Made by a program: the position numbers and the translations under genes. The notes under the pieces are model-generated. The model was not told the origin of the DNA. It saw only the letters and a list, made by a program, of their open reading frames with translations, and made no database searches. Positions 61,168 through 64,000 of a stretch of DNA of 64,000 nt are shown piece after piece. Position 1 is the stretch's first letter. Each line of letters begins with the position of its first letter. The DNA is taken from assembly GCA_000708835.1 (NCBI GenBank), contig DF237234.1, positions 1 through 64,000 of the forward strand. The letters run 5' to 3'. This DNA comes from Klebsormidium nitens. Its lineage: Eukaryota; Plantae; Klebsormidiophyceae.

Positions 61168-63299
61168 TCAATCCAAGTAGAGAAGAGTGACAATCTTCCG
61201 CATGTCTTTGGCTTCTTGACAAGTCTCCATAAGCAAGTGACTGTCGTGAAACGCAAAGCATATAATCTGCTGCACCTTGCTGATGATGTTCCGATTGCAT
61301 AACCTGAAAACGGATCATAAAGCTATAAGGGAGACAGAAACGTCGGCTTTGTAAGGAGATAATTCAGGGGAAACCTCGTTTGGAAGCACCACGTCCGATT
61401 GAGCTAACGATGGTGGCTAAGTAGACGTCGCACATGGATGATGCAATTAGGAAACCAGTGGGGCCAGGAATGGATGACATGATTGACTCACCTACTGGCT
61501 TCTATCAACTGCAGATGATCGTTATGAGGGGTTTCGATGAGGTTTTTGACCTGCGAGCATGGGAGAAACGTCAGGTCTTCATTGACATCAGGATACGGAG
61601 GGCATTTCACAACAAGCAGAAAGACCTTTCTACACGACCAGAGGCTTGTTGAAGTCACCCTGTATTCGGTGTAGGTCAGCCAGCTTTGACCGGGGGACAA
61701 ACAGGAGGACACGGATTTATGACGGGGCTCAGAAGAGAATGGATGTTTCTGCTCAAAGGTATCACTCTGACTGGGGTACAGGCGAGAGCACTTCACCTGT
61801 TTCAGGAGTTCCTGGCTTTCTGGGGGCTGTTTGGAAAGACTTTGTGGTAGGACCACGGTCAGGAGATCCGGTTTTTCAGCCCGCAATGCACCCCTTATAA
61901 CAGCCGCGTTTGTCCCCGTGGCTCCAGAGGTGAAAATGTGGTTCGACTGGACAAGGAGAAGCGGTCCTTTCTTTAATCCAATAGGTACAATCACTGAGCT
62001 GGTGACAAGCAGTTTACACAGAGTAAAGGCAGGAATTACAATCTGGTTGGTATGCTTAGAGTTCATCGATGCAACACAAGATGTACCTAGAAGTGCAGAC
62101 AGCTTACCAACGAATCCGGGCTCGCTATTCATTCCACCTTGCTTATAGAAGCCATGCAGGTTAGCGTGTTACAAAGCCTTAGGGTCAGAGTCAAGGTTGG
62201 CACTCACTGTGAGAACCATGGCATAGCTCAGGATCTCAATCAGCTGCTGATGCATGAAGCCCATGTTTCTTGTCCCAAAGAATCCAATAGCCTTCGGGCC
62301 TGATTGCTGGATGGCAAGAAGCTCCTGCGTGTCAAGCGAAAAATGTAAATGTGAAGTACTGCGGTAGCCTTTAAGGTCTCGATGACAGAGCGTGACTCAT
62401 GCGAAGGGCCAGAAGGTGAGAGCACAAGAGCACATAACTGAAAGAAAACGAGGAAGGATAGAAGCTACGAAAGCTGGTGACGTCAATGAATTCGACCATA
62501 ATTACCTGGAGGTACTCAATGTCTGCCGGGCGCTTGAACTCTACTGGAGGTGGCCCGACCAGCACATTAGAGTCAGGGATTTCATCTCCCCGACTTTCAG
62601 TTCCCTGATAGTTGAAAGCTTCTGGAGCCTGACTTCCATCAAACTTTGACGGTATGGAGTGTAGTGGCAGCCCCTGTCGCTTAGCCTTCGCCTGGCCCCA
62701 AGCCTGCACAACCGATGATGCGCGCAATTCGAATCTGCTGTTTGTGGCAAGCTCCAAAATAGTGGTGACAAGTGACACTTACGCAAGATTTAGCACTGAC
62801 ATGCCACCATTTGTCTCTGAGATCAACACGGAAGCTACTTTTTGGATGACGGAAGCAACGTAGTCTACGTTGTCATTGGAAGCGAGCTCTTCTTGAAATC
62901 TACAATCTATAAGTGTAGTACTTGGCCAAGTCTTCTGTACGTCCCCAGGCAGCTGGCCGGATGTATGGTAACATGCTTCAAAAGATATCTGGAGTCACAA
63001 TTGCTGTCTAAAGGTGAATGAGGAAGGGATTCAAGCATTTAATTGTCAGAACACATACATATTTCTTGGCCAACCACTTCGGGGAGACTTACCAACGAAT
63101 GCTGCGATTTCTGGTAAGCCGACCGATGAGCCCGCCCTATAGAAGAGTGACAACCAGACAAAACCCTTCTGTGGTTCGTTGCAAGCAGAGGGTCCACATT
63201 GTTGGCATGCCATCTAGTTTCATTGGTGTTTCTCAATGCGGAATCTCCATATATTGTCAGCCTTCCTGCTTGAGCACGGACAGTGCTGAAAGCAGGCAT
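61168..63299 (-). CDS. Conserved cyanobacterial/plant SLOG-fold protein (often annotated DNA recombination-mediator protein A / DprA-like), probably plastid-targeted; about 288 aa
   Basis: DIEYLQELLAIQQSGPKAIGFFGTRNMGFMHQQLIEILSYAMVLT..NHIFTSGATGTNAAVIRGALRAEKPDLLTVVLPQSL..LCNRNIISKVQQIICFAFHDS..RKIVTLLYLD*. Core exons 62703-62506, 62324-62208, 61946-61797, 61550-61492, 61303-61168. The first exon 63299-63093 (R/S/A-rich, transit-peptide-like) is tentative. Confidence 0.8.
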
Positions 63300-64000
63300 C
63301 TCCAATATGCCCACCAGCTGATTTGCTCAATGGACCTCCTTGCAGCGGGGCTTCAATCGTGCAATGCTTGCGGAGATCCTGAAAGCTTTCGCGTAGCTTA
63401 GGACATATCAATCATGGGCGGAAACCACAGAAGCAACGAAATGGAACCCCTTCTAAATTTTAGAAGACCTCTGACCTGAGGCTGTTCTTACTCGCATTCG
63501 CAGCAGAGAGAAAGGCGCCCCTTCAGCCCCAGGATTTTGTTAAAATTGTAGAAGCTGAAAGACTACAGTCTACAGTAGGTATACCGACCAGCGCAGGGGC
63601 CAGGTGGGGCCAGGGCGAGAGCTACGGTACTACCTAGTGCAGCCTGCATCGCCACACCATGCAAGTAGCAACGCAACGGGGATCGACGGAGCTGGAGGGT
63701 CGCGACCCAGTTTCGTTAACGATGTCGGCTTTCCTTGTAATACTGTTAAGACTACAGTATGGATAAACGGGTTCGACAACGAAACCTTTCGATGACGAAT
63801 CGAAAAGCAGCGTGTAAACTGCGTTGCCGTCTCAATTTGGTTTTGCCGCATTTTGCTTCAAAAACTTGTCCGGAGAAATCAAGCTTTGCATGTCCTGACA
63901 CTGACAGTGATATCAACAAACTCCAGAGGCAGAGACGGCATTAGGTTTTGCTGCTGCTCCGAACCTATGTCGCTCCCAAGTTCGAAGCTCCAAAAGGCTG

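Overview
Gene-dense, intron-rich eukaryotic nuclear DNA with GT-AG introns and GC-rich exons. The gene families are plant-type; gene content and architecture suggest a streptophyte green alga such as Klebsormidium (inference). Ten protein-coding genes were rebuilt by hand, with exon phases checked and total CDS lengths divisible by 3: HUA2/HULK-like PWWP+CID protein (+), XRN3 (-), a calmodulin-like protein (+), a plant O-fucosyltransferase-family protein (-), organellar uL18 (+), site-1 protease SBT6.1 (+), F2KP (+), PRP40C (-), NAC-alpha (+) and a cyanobacterial-type SLOG/DprA-like protein (-). No tRNA, rRNA, CRISPR array or transposase was recognised. The most unusual features are: (1) a tandem array of copies of an F2KP exon end plus its 5' splice site inside intron 5, one of which would give an in-frame 72-aa insert; (2) a 175-bp AT-rich MITE-like insert with 8-bp flanking direct repeats and clustered bZIP sites in a divergent promoter; (3) large structured insertions in S1P, the O-fucosyltransferase and HUA2. 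All of this comes from reading the sequence; no searches were run.
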